Below, piece by piece: positions 16,965-27,403 of a DNA stretch of 56,285 bases (positions are counted from its first letter, which is position 1; the number at the start of each line of letters is the position of its first letter). Position numbers and translations under genes: made by a program. The stretch lies in NCBI GenBank assembly GCA_048939015.1, contig JBHLPW010000031.1:1-56285 (forward strand), in the 5' to 3' direction. The notes below the pieces were generated by a model that saw only the letters and a list, made by a program, of their open reading frames with translations, was not told the DNA's origin and ran no database searches. Origin of the DNA: Promethearchaeota archaeon. Its GTDB lineage: Archaea > Asgardarchaeota > Lokiarchaeia > Sigyniarchaeales > SOKP01.

Positions 16965-18899
16965 ATGGTAAACGTAATTTATCCTCCAGAAAAGATATAT
17001 AGCCCTTCCATATTAAAAAAGCCAAATTATAACCATATTATTCTCTGGATGTTGAAAAATAATGAAGAATGTAAATGGGGGGATTTTCGTCAAAAACCAA
17101 TAGAAATTCCCACAGGAACTTTATCGAGACATCTAGAAGTATTAAAACGCAAGGGTTTTGTTGAAAATTTTTCAAGAGGATATTATAGAATTACATCAGA
17201 GGGGAAAAAGAAATTTCATGAGTTATCGAGTGCAAAGATAAGTGCTCGCAAACTTAATTATCCTCCTAAATTAATGTTAAAAAGTGGAAGAAATTACTTA
17301 GACTGGATACTTTGGATGATTTATAATAATAATTACTGTAAAAGAACAGATTTTTTAGAAAAACCCTTATCTATAAATCAATCTTCCTTATCAAAAAATT
17401 TGAGTTTGTTAATTGAAAAGGGTTTTGCATCAAAAGAGGATGGAAAATATATAATCACTCAAGTAGGGAAATCAGAGTATTCAAGGATGCTTCAAAATTA
17501 TGATTTAGATAGACAAACTATTTTAGAAGAGGAGGGTAAACGAATTGAAGAGATTACTCAAAAAACAATTGAATTCTTCAACAAACTTGATGTAAGAGAT
17601 AAAGAGATTCAATTTAGGTTTCTCAATAGTATTCTAAAATTAGATTATGAAAAAGTAAAGCCTCTATTAAAAGATGAGGAGGTTTTTCATAAAATTTTAC
17701 TTTTTCTCTCAATTAATCATCCAGATCAATATCCAGACTTTATATCTTCTGAAGATTTTTCCAAAATCTATAAAATTAAAAAAACTACACTTGATTATTA
17801 TATAACTGAAATTTCTGAAGGTAAAATATATCCAATAAGATTTTTTAAGTTGACTCAACCATCTGGCAAGCAATATTACTTTCAATCCGATGGGAGGTTA
17901 GAAAGAATACTTCAAGTACTCACAGAGAATCAAATCACAAAAGCTTCTTATTTGGATAAGTTATTTTCAAAGTTAACTTCCGAATTACCCGCAGTAAATA
18001 TGAAATCCATTATAAATGATGTCGCAGATAAGAGTTGTGAATTCTTATTTAATATAGATATGAAGGCGTCATTAAAAGAATTCCTACCCGAATACATTAA
18101 GTATCTTGCATATAAAGTCGAGACTAAGAAAGAATTGAAAGCTACATATGATAAGTTAGAAGGAATAATATGGCAAAATATAACAGATATATTTCAATCT
18201 GAAATATATAATAACTTAGAGGATCAATTTGAAGTACAAATAAAAGAAATTGAAAAGAAAATTGAATTAACCCCAGAAAATCCTGATTTATATTATTTGA
18301 AGATAAGAATTTTGCTTTATTTTAACCAATATCAAGAAACTATAAAGCTTTTAGACAGTTTGCTTGAAATTTTTCCTGAAAATGAAAAGGATATTAAATT
18401 ATTAAAAGCAGCTGTTCTTAAAAGGATGCAAAATGTGGAAGCAGGATTAGATATTATTAATGAATTAATTCAAAAATATCCAAAAGACAATGATCTAATG
18501 TGTTATAAAGCGTATTGGATGCAATACTTAGAAAACGAAGAAGAGGCAATAAGAGTGATTCAAAACCTTATAAAAATGGAACCAGATAATGGAATGTATC
18601 ATGATACTTATGGCGAGATTTTAATGTATTCTGAGCACTATGAAGACGCTGCGAAAAAATTTCTAAAAGCAATTGTGATTGATAGTGATCAGTGGTACAT
18701 ATATCAAACTTATATTAAATTAGGAATATGTTATAAAGCACTTGAGAATTTTGATTTAGCGCTTAAAAATCTTAAAAAAGGAAAAGAGTTAATAAAAAAA
18801 AGTGCTATAGATGCAGAAACAAACAAGAAATGGAGCACAATAGCCGATCTTTTCATTACTGAGATAAATGATTTTTTCGAAAACATTGTTGAAATTTAG
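16965..18899 (+). CDS. Putative transcription regulator: tandem wHTH plus TPRs, paralog 2
   Basis: Full-length similarity to 8288-10189. Confidence 0.8.
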   Translation: MVNVIYPPEKIYSPSILKKPNYNHIILWMLKNNEECKWGDFRQKPIEIPTGTLSRHLEVLKRKGFVENFSRGYYRITSEGKKKFHELSSAKISARKLNYPPKLMLKSGRNYLDWILWMIYNNNYCKRTDFLEKPLSINQSSLSKNLSLLIEKGFASKEDGKYIITQVGKSEYSRMLQNYDLDRQTILEEEGKRIEEITQKTIEFFNKLDVRDKEIQFRFLNSILKLDYEKVKPLLKDEEVFHKILLFLSINHPDQYPDFISSEDFSKIYKIKKTTLDYYITEISEGKIYPIRFFKLTQPSGKQYYFQSDGRLERILQVLTENQITKASYLDKLFSKLTSELPAVNMKSIINDVADKSCEFLFNIDMKASLKEFLPEYIKYLAYKVETKKELKATYDKLEGIIWQNITDIFQSEIYNNLEDQFEVQIKEIEKKIELTPENPDLYYLKIRILLYFNQYQETIKLLDSLLEIFPENEKDIKLLKAAVLKRMQNVEAGLDIINELIQKYPKDNDLMCYKAYWMQYLENEEEAIRVIQNLIKMEPDNGMYHDTYGEILMYSEHYEDAAKKFLKAIVIDSDQWYIYQTYIKLGICYKALENFDLALKNLKKGKELIKKSAIDAETNKKWSTIADLFITEINDFFENIVEI

Positions 18900-19206
18900 A
18901 TGGAAATGACATTTTTAATCATTTTAGCTGTTAAATCCAATCAGTATAACTTTAGAGAGTATTTGGTTTTTCAGTTTTAGTATTATGTCTTTACTTGAGA
19001 TTCCATTATAGGTTAGAATTTGAATTTCAAAGATGATTCCTGGTGATCTTATTTCCTTAATAAATGGAAAATGGAGTTTATAAAGGAATTCATTAATCTT
19101 CTACATTTTTTCCTAACTTCTTTCACTAATTTTTTCTTCATTGAATCTTTTGCTTAAAAAAAAAGTTAAAATGATCAAATTTTATATATTTTACAGAAAA
19201 TATATT

Positions 19207-21084
19207 ATGAATGAATTAAACCCCAAACCAATTATAACACAATTCGATTATAGATCAATTTTTAATAATTTTCCTACTCCTACTTATCTCTGGGAGAAAA
19301 AAGATGATGATTTACTATTAATTGATTATAATAATGCTGCCAGAGAAATTACAGATGATAAAATAGAAAATTATTTGGGTATCAAAGCTTCAGAATTGTA
19401 TAAAGAACAACCTCAGATTTCAGAAGAACTTCACTACTGTATAAATGAGCAAAAATCTATATCAAGAGAAATGGTATATAAATTTAAATCTACAGGAAAG
19501 GAAAAAATTCTTAATGTAATTTACGATTTTATTCCACCAAATTTAGTGATAGTTTATACAAATGATATAACAGAAAAAAAAAGAGCAGAAGAAAAATTAC
19601 GGGAGAGTGAAATACACTATCGTACTATTGTAGAAAATTCTCATGCGGGAATTCTTATTGTAAAGGGTGATTACAAATTTTCATATGTCAATGACAAATT
19701 ATGCCAAATTTTAGGATATTCCTATAATGAGCTTATAGGTCAAGATTTTCGTAATTTCTTGGATGAACCTAGTAAAATTCTTGTAGCAGATCGTTATATT
19801 CGAAGACAAAGAGGAGAACATGTACCGGCTAGATATGAGTTTAACGTAATTAGAAAAGATGGTGAAATAAGGCATGTAGAAATAATTTCTGCAATAAGTA
19901 CAGAATTAAAGGCAGGAATCACAACAATTGCTCAAATCTTAGATATTACAGACCGTAAACACATTGAACAAAAATTAAGGGAATCAGAAAAAAAATTTCG
20001 GAGAGTTTTTGAAGATTCACCTTTTTCTATAGTCCTAATTAATCCAGAAGGAGAGATTGTTGATTGTAATCCCGCTACAGAAAAATATAGTGGATATGAA
20101 AAGGATGAATTAGTTGATAAAAACTTTAGAGATCTATCTTTAATCCATCCAAAGTTCTTACCTTTCCTTCAAAAAACCTTTAATCGACTTTTAAAAGAAG
20201 AGAAAATTTTTAATACAGATATTCAAATGTATAAGAAAAGTGGAGATTTGATCTGGATAAATTTACAAGCTTCGCGAGTCAAATTAGTTGGAGAAACATT
20301 CTTTCAAGTAATAATACACGATATTAATAAACAAAAGAAAGCAGATCTTCTTATAAGAGAACAGATTCAAAAATTGAAAGAATTAAATCAAATTCAAAGA
20401 GATTTTATTACTAGAGCCTCACACGAATTAAAAACTCCTTTAATGTCTATAGCTGGAGCTAATGAACTTCTAACAGATGTTTATAATGATAAATTAGATG
20501 AAAATGCGTTAGAAATGCTTGAAATTATTGAAAGAAATAAGCAACGTTTAGAATATCTCGTTAACAATTTAATTGATATTGTAAGGATAGATTATAATAA
20601 AATTAAGTTAAAAAGACAACAATATAATATTTGTGAATTAATTCACGATATGGTTAAAGAGTGGAAGTATTATTTAAAAAGAAGTAAAATCAATTTAATT
20701 TTAGAGCTCCCTTCTAGTATACTTTTAAATGTGGATAAAGTTAGATTTGAGCAAGTAATTACAAATATCCTTTTAAATGCTGTTAAAAATTCCCCTCCTA
20801 ATAGTGAAGTAAAAATTGTTGTAATAGAGAAAGCCCAAAAAGTTCTAATATCTATAAGTGACACAGGCATAGGCTTGACTGAAGATGAAATTACTAAATT
20901 ATTTACCAAATTTGGTAAGATAGAAAGATACGGGAAAGGTTTAGAATTCCTTGATATTCAAGGTTCTGGTCTAGGATTATTCATATCTAAAGAAATAATT
21001 GAGTTACATGGAGGTCATATTAGTGTTGAATCTACCGGAAGAAACATGGGTGCAACATTCATTATTGAATTGCTAAAAGAATAA
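19207..21084 (+). CDS. PAS-domain sensor histidine kinase (ATG 19207 preferred to TTG 19141)
   Basis: About 3 PAS/PAC units ending in DIT, H-box ASHELKTPL, NILLNAVK, DTGIG and GSGLGL. Confidence 0.92.
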   Translation: MNELNPKPIITQFDYRSIFNNFPTPTYLWEKKDDDLLLIDYNNAAREITDDKIENYLGIKASELYKEQPQISEELHYCINEQKSISREMVYKFKSTGKEKILNVIYDFIPPNLVIVYTNDITEKKRAEEKLRESEIHYRTIVENSHAGILIVKGDYKFSYVNDKLCQILGYSYNELIGQDFRNFLDEPSKILVADRYIRRQRGEHVPARYEFNVIRKDGEIRHVEIISAISTELKAGITTIAQILDITDRKHIEQKLRESEKKFRRVFEDSPFSIVLINPEGEIVDCNPATEKYSGYEKDELVDKNFRDLSLIHPKFLPFLQKTFNRLLKEEKIFNTDIQMYKKSGDLIWINLQASRVKLVGETFFQVIIHDINKQKKADLLIREQIQKLKELNQIQRDFITRASHELKTPLMSIAGANELLTDVYNDKLDENALEMLEIIERNKQRLEYLVNNLIDIVRIDYNKIKLKRQQYNICELIHDMVKEWKYYLKRSKINLILELPSSILLNVDKVRFEQVITNILLNAVKNSPPNSEVKIVVIEKAQKVLISISDTGIGLTEDEITKLFTKFGKIERYGKGLEFLDIQGSGLGLFISKEIIELHGGHISVESTGRNMGATFIIELLKE

Positions 21085-21221
21085 AGCTTCTCATAATTTT
21101 CAAATTTATTCATATAATAGGATTTTAGAAAATACTTTTTATAATTTTTAAACAAAAAAAGAATTGAAATTGCTTTTTAAATAGAAAACCTTCTTTTAAA
21201 ATCGATTTTTTTTTCTTTATA

Positions 21222-21887
21222 ATGAATAATGAAATTGAGATACAATATCAAAATATATTAGAACATTTTCCAAATTTAGTAATTATAGAAAATAAAATTA
21301 CTCATATTAAAATTGAATTAATTAAGGGAATTATTTTAGAAATTAATTATTCTAAATATCCTAAAAGACCAAAAGTTAAGCTTATTAACAAATCGGGGCA
21401 AGTATATAAAAAACTAAATAATGAGGTAACTTCTTTAGAAAATTGGAAAATCGATAAAATTAAGTCTGTATTAAATGTTATTAATGAAATTATTTCGATT
21501 TTAAAGGATCTTCAGTCAGGTATAGTTAAAATAAAAAAAGAGTTATTGATGGGTTTTTTAGCCCTATGTCGGGCACATCATCCAAAAGAATTTTTAGGAA
21601 TTCTTAAAATGGATAATAATATTTTTACTGAATTTATATTACCTCCTGGTGCAATTACTTCAAACAGTTCAGGAGTATTCTTTCCAAGTAGAATCCCATT
21701 AAGTCGAGATTATCAAGGAACTATTCATTCACATCCATCTGGAACTTTGTACCCTTCCCCACAAGATTTAAATAGTATGTTTAAAGGAAATAGATTTCAT
21801 TTTATAGTAGGATTTCCATATAGTTTAAATCATATTAAATGTTTTAATAAAAGTGGCAAAGAGCTTCAATTTAAATTGATTAACTAA
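21222..21887 (+). CDS. JAB/MPN+ (JAMM) metalloprotease with N-terminal UBC/RWD-like domain
   Basis: PKEFLGIL...HSHPSG...SPQD JAMM motif. N-terminal YPKRPKV...W...SVLNVINEI pattern. Confidence 0.8.
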   Translation: MNNEIEIQYQNILEHFPNLVIIENKITHIKIELIKGIILEINYSKYPKRPKVKLINKSGQVYKKLNNEVTSLENWKIDKIKSVLNVINEIISILKDLQSGIVKIKKELLMGFLALCRAHHPKEFLGILKMDNNIFTEFILPPGAITSNSSGVFFPSRIPLSRDYQGTIHSHPSGTLYPSPQDLNSMFKGNRFHFIVGFPYSLNHIKCFNKSGKELQFKLIN

Positions 21888-22038
21888 TATAAGGTTACTT
21901 GAAAATTATGATTAAGCTGTTGAAAATCTTAAAAATGGAAAACATTTAACAAAAAAGGGATCAATCGACACGAAAATTAAGCAAAAGAGGTAGAAAATTG
22001 CTGATCTTTTTATCAAAAATGTTAATCAAGTTCTCTAA
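21888..22038 (+). pseudogene. Decayed 3' end of a third wHTH-TPR regulator
   Basis: From 21898 it reads LENYD*AVENLKNGKHLTKKGSIDTKIKQKR*KIADLFIKNVNQVL*. This matches LENFDLALKNLKKGKELIKKSAIDAETNKKWSTIADLF of paralog 2. Confidence 0.8.
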
Positions 22039-22152
22039 TTCTTTTTTAAAAATTATTTGAGAACTATATTCAGAATAAAAATATAAATTGCTATTTTTTT
22101 TTTATTTTAATATAGGATTATTTATTATTTATTACCTTTTAGAACTAAAATT

Positions 22153-25100
22153 ATGGGTAACGGGGTTATTGGCAAGAGAGTTAAGTTCATCTTAATTACA
22201 GCAATTTTTTTAACCACAATTGCCATATTCTTTCAAAGCAATCTGATTTATAATAATGGGTATAACAAAATACCTTATGATAATCAAAATAAGGATAAAT
22301 TTAATAACCACACTTTAAATACTGCGAGTATTGACCCAAATGGGAAACCATTATTGGTTAAGCAATATGCCAATATTTCAAGAACATTTACTGATGTTGA
22401 ATCAAATGAAAATGTAACATTCCCAATAGCCCCTGGGTGGATATCTAAAAATACTACTATTTATTATGATGGAGTCGAAAGACAAAAACAATGGGTAACA
22501 AATTCTGATTTTGCTACAAACGCCGATCATTGGAACTATGTAGAACAAGATACATATTATAGGTTTTGGGAGGGAGGTTATGCTGGTTGGGGAGTAGATG
22601 GCCATTATGGATCGGCTTGGTTTGGAATGGATAATGGGATGGTAGCTGAAGGAGATTATGCAGGATATCAACAGAGTTTTTCAATTTCAGAAGAAACTTT
22701 GACCGATAAATTAGTAACAGCTTCTTTTGAATATTACTATGTTCCGGGAGGAAGCTATCCTGATGCAAGTATATACTTAAAAGTTGTAATCGGTGGTGTT
22801 GAAAAGAATATCACACGTCATTTAGATGATATTTCAATGAATCAATGGGAACCCATTTCGATTCAATATAACGCTGAGAGTATTGGTCAGATCTTACCAG
22901 GAAGTGTTTCTGTATTTGCTGGTCTTTATATCAATGATGATTCTACACACAGTGACCAAGATACAATATTTATGGATAATATACAACTGACGCTATGGAC
23001 AAATCTAAATGATACTAATGGTTTAATTAGAACGTATGATGTCCTCTCTGAAACAGATTATCAATACTATAGTATATCTGAAGGTCAAGGTTATTCATTC
23101 ATCGATATAGAAAGAAGTACTCCCGGAGATGTTACCTTTACTATATTTGAAGACATTTCCCCTGAAATGGATTATATTGAATTTAACGTACGTGAAGTTA
23201 CAGTATTTTCCTCTGCGATTAAAGTCTTTAATACGACTTATTTTGGTAAAGAAGGTAGTTTTTACAGTTTAGGATCACCAGTAGATTGGACGACTAGTTT
23301 CTCAATTTCATTACCTACATATTATTATTCTTGGATTGAGATTCTGAAACCTATAGATTGGTCGGTTACATCGATAATTGATGGTTTTGAAACAGAACAA
23401 ATCGGAGGATGTTATGGTAATGAATATGGATCCTCAAAGTTAATTATTCCCTACTCCATCATTGGGGAGGGGGTTTGGGATATTAAGGCAAAAAGCCAGA
23501 ATAATATTATTGATCTTAATTTATTGGTTTGGAACCAGACTCAATTTAAAAATCGACTTAATCTTACCCAGAATGAAATCTTTAAAATTAATTTAGATTT
23601 GAACAGTTCAATATCTCTCCAAAATTCAGAAGTTAATTGTACGATTTTTTATTCGAATCGTACTATATTCCTACAAGAAAGTTTAGAACCTTCTTCTTAC
23701 AACGTTAATTTCGGTAATTATTCTGTTGGTAAAAATATGACTGTTGGTCAATATTTGGTGGAAGTTACATGGAGAAATGATAAATCCTTACAAGAAATAG
23801 ATCAGACAGGATTTGCAAACTTAACTTTTAGCTTATGGCATCATACAAATTTAACTGCAATTAATTCCTACTATGAACTTGTTGCTAGTGAACCATTATT
23901 GCTCAAGGTAAGTTATATAGATATAGATCTCAGTATTGATATAGATTTTGCAAATGTCAAATTTGCTTCTTCCTATGGTTTATCTGGAACAATGGCTTAC
24001 CAAGGATTGGGAATATATTTTATAGATATAGATACGAGTTCTTTAGAATTGGGTAACTATTTCTTTTCTTTTAATGCATCAAAATCTTACTATGAAAATC
24101 AGACTAAAGTTAACTTGATTCAATTGAAAATAGTCCCGCATCCACTCATATTAGATTTTAATTCTAGAATTGTTAACTCGACAGGGAATAATTATGCAAT
24201 TTGCAGAGTAAATGTTATTGGAGAGATATCCGGTTCTCCTGTATGGCCTGTAAATATTAGCAGCGATTGGGACAATGGTTATTCCATTTTTGATTATGGT
24301 AATGGAACGTACTCTTTCAATTTTTCGACCTACGAACTTCCAACTAATGGCATACCTGATACTTTTGAAATTGAGATTTTTGCTAATAAAACGAACTATG
24401 AAAGCACATCTGATTTTATTACATTGATTGTTCATCCTATTCCAACATTAGCACATGCAAATAATACTAATATTTATACTTACATCAATGAGGTGTTTGC
24501 ATTGAAAGTAAATTATACCGTTCAAGTTTCTGGAGCATTGATTAGTGATGCGGAATGCACGGTTACCTGGGAAGGGTATTATAATATAATTCCTAATGCT
24601 GATGGATTTACAATCAAATATAATACGTCAGGTCTTAGTATAGATTTATACAATTCATTGATTACGTTGTCTAGTCCGGGTTATGAAGATGCAGTAATAA
24701 GTATCACGGTTGTGATCAATGAAATACCTACTTTAGCTCATGCGAATAATACCAATATTTATACTTACATCAATGAGGTGTTTGCATTGAAAGTAAATTA
24801 TACCGTTCAAGCTTCTGGAGCATTGATTAGTGATGCGGAATGCACGGTTACCTGGGAAGGGTATTATAATATAATTCCTAATGCTGATGGATTTACAATC
24901 AAATATAATACGTCAGGTCTTAGTATAGATTTATACAATTCATTGATTACGTTGTCTAGTCCGGGTTATGAAGATGCAGTAATAAGTATCACGGTTGTGA
25001 TCAATGAAATACCTACTTTAGCTCATGCGAATAATACTAATATTTCTACTTATTTTAATGAGGAGTTTGAACTGAAGGTAAATTATACCGTTCAAGCTTC

Positions 25101-27360
25101 CGGAGCATTGATTGGTGATGCGGAATGCATTGTCACCTGGGAAGGGTATTATAATATAATTCCTAATGCTGATGGATTTACAATTAAATATTATACTTCA
25201 GGTCTTAACATAAGTTCATACAATTCATTGATTACATTGTCTAGATCGGGTTATGAAGATGCGGTAATAAGTATCCTAGTTATAATCAAAAAAATTCCCA
25301 CATTAGCTCATGCGAATAATACCAATATTTCTACTTATTTTAATGAGGAGTTTGAACTGAAGGTAAATTATACCGTTCAAGCTTCCGGAGCATTGATTGG
25401 TGAAGCAGAATGCACCGTCACCTGGGAAGGGTATTATAATATAATTTCTAATGCTGATGGATTTACAATTAAATATTATACTTCAGGTCTTAACAGAAGT
25501 TTATACAATTCATTGATTACATTGTCTAGACCGGGTTATGAAGATGCGGTAATAAGTATCGCAGTTATAATCAATGAAATGGATGTCAGTTTAAATGTTA
25601 AGATAGGTAGTAATGAAGTCAGCCAAGATGATCTTGTTGAGATGTTCTTCAATGATAAAATGAATATAACTGCACAAGTGTATTCTGAACGAGAAGGAAA
25701 ATTCATTACAGGAGGGCTAATATCTTTTCTAAGTGATAATTATCAAGCTAACTTTACTGAATTTCAACCATCGTACTTCGGTTTAATAATCAATATTGAT
25801 GGAGACTACTTTAATGCTGGTCTCATTAATATTTATTTAAGGTTTGAAAAGCAAAACTATACAACAGAAATTTTCTCCTTCCAAATCTTTATTCGAGCAC
25901 AGAATGTTATTTTGGATTTGGAAATTAATCATCAAACTATTCCAGAGAATTATTTAGTTGAAAAATCCTACAATGATCTCTTCGTAATATCTTGTAGAGC
26001 TTTTGCAGAATATGATGGAATATATTTATCAGAAGGAACTGTTAAATTTATACTAAATAATTATGAATTCAACTTAACAGAATACAATAATTTTTGGTAT
26101 AATGGTACAATAGGTATATCTACAGATCAATTTTCTTTAGGAATTAACTATGTTTATGTAAGATTTGAGCTTTCAAATTATACTACAACCGTGTTTTCAT
26201 TTCAAATCTTGGTCAATCAAATAGAATTAAATGTTCAACCTATGGATTTTACTGATTCTCTAAATGTGTATTCCGGAGAAAGTGTATTAATTCAGATTAA
26301 TCTAACTGAATTTGGTTCAACAATACTCATAGAAAATGCCACAATATATTGTTATTGGGAATTTGGTACATATCATTTTGATTATATAGGGGATGGATTA
26401 TATCAATTGAATCTTAATTTACCAACAAATTTAATAGGAACATATCGTTTTAATTTGATTATTTCTACAAATAAAACAATATATAAAACAACAGAGTATT
26501 CATTTTTAATTATAGTATCTGAAAAAGAATTACCAAATTACATTGGTTGGATAATTTTTCTAATTCTTGTCATAATTGTGGTTATTTTAGGCGTCTTGAG
26601 TCTAAGATCTTATGTAATAATACCTAGAAAAAAAAAGAGAGCTTTGATTATTGCTGATAAAGCACAACCTTATAAAGACATAAGGAATATTCAAGCAATC
26701 CTTGTCAGCCATAGAACTAGTGGAATTTCACTTTATGACAATATATTCTCAATATTAGATGAAAATTATATTACAGGTTTTTCAGGATTTATTCAGGCAA
26801 TTACAGTTTTAGGAAAGCAATATACCAAAAACGGAATAAAAACTGTTGATGTTGAAAGTAATACAGATGGTGTTCATGAAGGAGAGGAAGAAATCAAAGA
26901 GTTAGATTTTAACTTCTTCCATTCATTGATTTGTGATTTTGCAAACGTTCGTGTAGTTTTGCTACTGAAAGAAAGAAGTTCTGCGCGATTAAGGAGAATA
27001 ATCGATATTATAACAAGAGAAATATATTCTCGAGGTATCGATATCCTTACCAACTTTGATGGAAGACTTACTAAGATAACGGCAATTATAAATGAAGTTC
27101 TTTATCGTTATCTGCCCTTATACTACAAAGGTCCGTTTGTTCTAAATAAAACTAAACATTATCACCGAGTAAAAGTTTCAGGAATGTTATCAAATATAGA
27201 ACTCAGGATGCTAAAGGTTCTTGAATCTCAATCAAAATATAAAAAACATTTCTTATTAGATGATTTAATTGAATCTTTAGCAGGTATTGGAGAAGATGAA
27301 AAGATTATTGGTGTTGAAGCTCTCATTATGCATAAAATGATTATACCCGCTGTAATGTAA
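22153..27360 (+). CDS. Large cell-surface protein: signal/TM, beta-rich ectodomain with Ig-like repeats, TM helix, cytoplasmic longin-like domain
   Basis: Hydrophobic N-terminus, many N-x-S/T sequons, TM IGWIIFLILVIIVVILGVLSL followed by RKKKR, then IQAILVSHRTSGISLY...FSGFIQAIT. Confidence 0.8.
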   Translation: MGNGVIGKRVKFILITAIFLTTIAIFFQSNLIYNNGYNKIPYDNQNKDKFNNHTLNTASIDPNGKPLLVKQYANISRTFTDVESNENVTFPIAPGWISKNTTIYYDGVERQKQWVTNSDFATNADHWNYVEQDTYYRFWEGGYAGWGVDGHYGSAWFGMDNGMVAEGDYAGYQQSFSISEETLTDKLVTASFEYYYVPGGSYPDASIYLKVVIGGVEKNITRHLDDISMNQWEPISIQYNAESIGQILPGSVSVFAGLYINDDSTHSDQDTIFMDNIQLTLWTNLNDTNGLIRTYDVLSETDYQYYSISEGQGYSFIDIERSTPGDVTFTIFEDISPEMDYIEFNVREVTVFSSAIKVFNTTYFGKEGSFYSLGSPVDWTTSFSISLPTYYYSWIEILKPIDWSVTSIIDGFETEQIGGCYGNEYGSSKLIIPYSIIGEGVWDIKAKSQNNIIDLNLLVWNQTQFKNRLNLTQNEIFKINLDLNSSISLQNSEVNCTIFYSNRTIFLQESLEPSSYNVNFGNYSVGKNMTVGQYLVEVTWRNDKSLQEIDQTGFANLTFSLWHHTNLTAINSYYELVASEPLLLKVSYIDIDLSIDIDFANVKFASSYGLSGTMAYQGLGIYFIDIDTSSLELGNYFFSFNASKSYYENQTKVNLIQLKIVPHPLILDFNSRIVNSTGNNYAICRVNVIGEISGSPVWPVNISSDWDNGYSIFDYGNGTYSFNFSTYELPTNGIPDTFEIEIFANKTNYESTSDFITLIVHPIPTLAHANNTNIYTYINEVFALKVNYTVQVSGALISDAECTVTWEGYYNIIPNADGFTIKYNTSGLSIDLYNSLITLSSPGYEDAVISITVVINEIPTLAHANNTNIYTYINEVFALKVNYTVQASGALISDAECTVTWEGYYNIIPNADGFTIKYNTSGLSIDLYNSLITLSSPGYEDAVISITVVINEIPTLAHANNTNISTYFNEEFELKVNYTVQASGALIGDAECIVTWEGYYNIIPNADGFTIKYYTSGLNISSYNSLITLSRSGYEDAVISILVIIKKIPTLAHANNTNISTYFNEEFELKVNYTVQASGALIGEAECTVTWEGYYNIISNADGFTIKYYTSGLNRSLYNSLITLSRPGYEDAVISIAVIINEMDVSLNVKIGSNEVSQDDLVEMFFNDKMNITAQVYSEREGKFITGGLISFLSDNYQANFTEFQPSYFGLIINIDGDYFNAGLINIYLRFEKQNYTTEIFSFQIFIRAQNVILDLEINHQTIPENYLVEKSYNDLFVISCRAFAEYDGIYLSEGTVKFILNNYEFNLTEYNNFWYNGTIGISTDQFSLGINYVYVRFELSNYTTTVFSFQILVNQIELNVQPMDFTDSLNVYSGESVLIQINLTEFGSTILIENATIYCYWEFGTYHFDYIGDGLYQLNLNLPTNLIGTYRFNLIISTNKTIYKTTEYSFLIIVSEKELPNYIGWIIFLILVIIVVILGVLSLRSYVIIPRKKKRALIIADKAQPYKDIRNIQAILVSHRTSGISLYDNIFSILDENYITGFSGFIQAITVLGKQYTKNGIKTVDVESNTDGVHEGEEEIKELDFNFFHSLICDFANVRVVLLLKERSSARLRRIIDIITREIYSRGIDILTNFDGRLTKITAIINEVLYRYLPLYYKGPFVLNKTKHYHRVKVSGMLSNIELRMLKVLESQSKYKKHFLLDDLIESLAGIGEDEKIIGVEALIMHKMIIPAVM
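24439..25578 (+). repeat. Four tandem 285-bp (95-aa) intragenic repeats
   Basis: Units start at 24439, 24724, 25009 and 25294 (IPTLAHANNTNI...). Units 1/2 and units 3/4 are the closest pairs. Confidence 0.95.
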
Positions 27361-27403
27361 ATCCTGTAAGATATAACCCTATTTCAAAATTTTTAAGGAA
27401 TAA

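Noticed and set aside
19050-19142. 30-aa basic minus-strand ORF (MKKKLVKEVRKKCRR...)
   Set aside because: No SD, no shared promoter motif and no paralog; expected by chance in AT-rich DNA.
24439-25578. Repeats as diversity-generating retroelement TR/VR
   Set aside because: They are in-frame tandem domain repeats, the differences are not adenine-specific, and there is no reverse transcriptase in the window.
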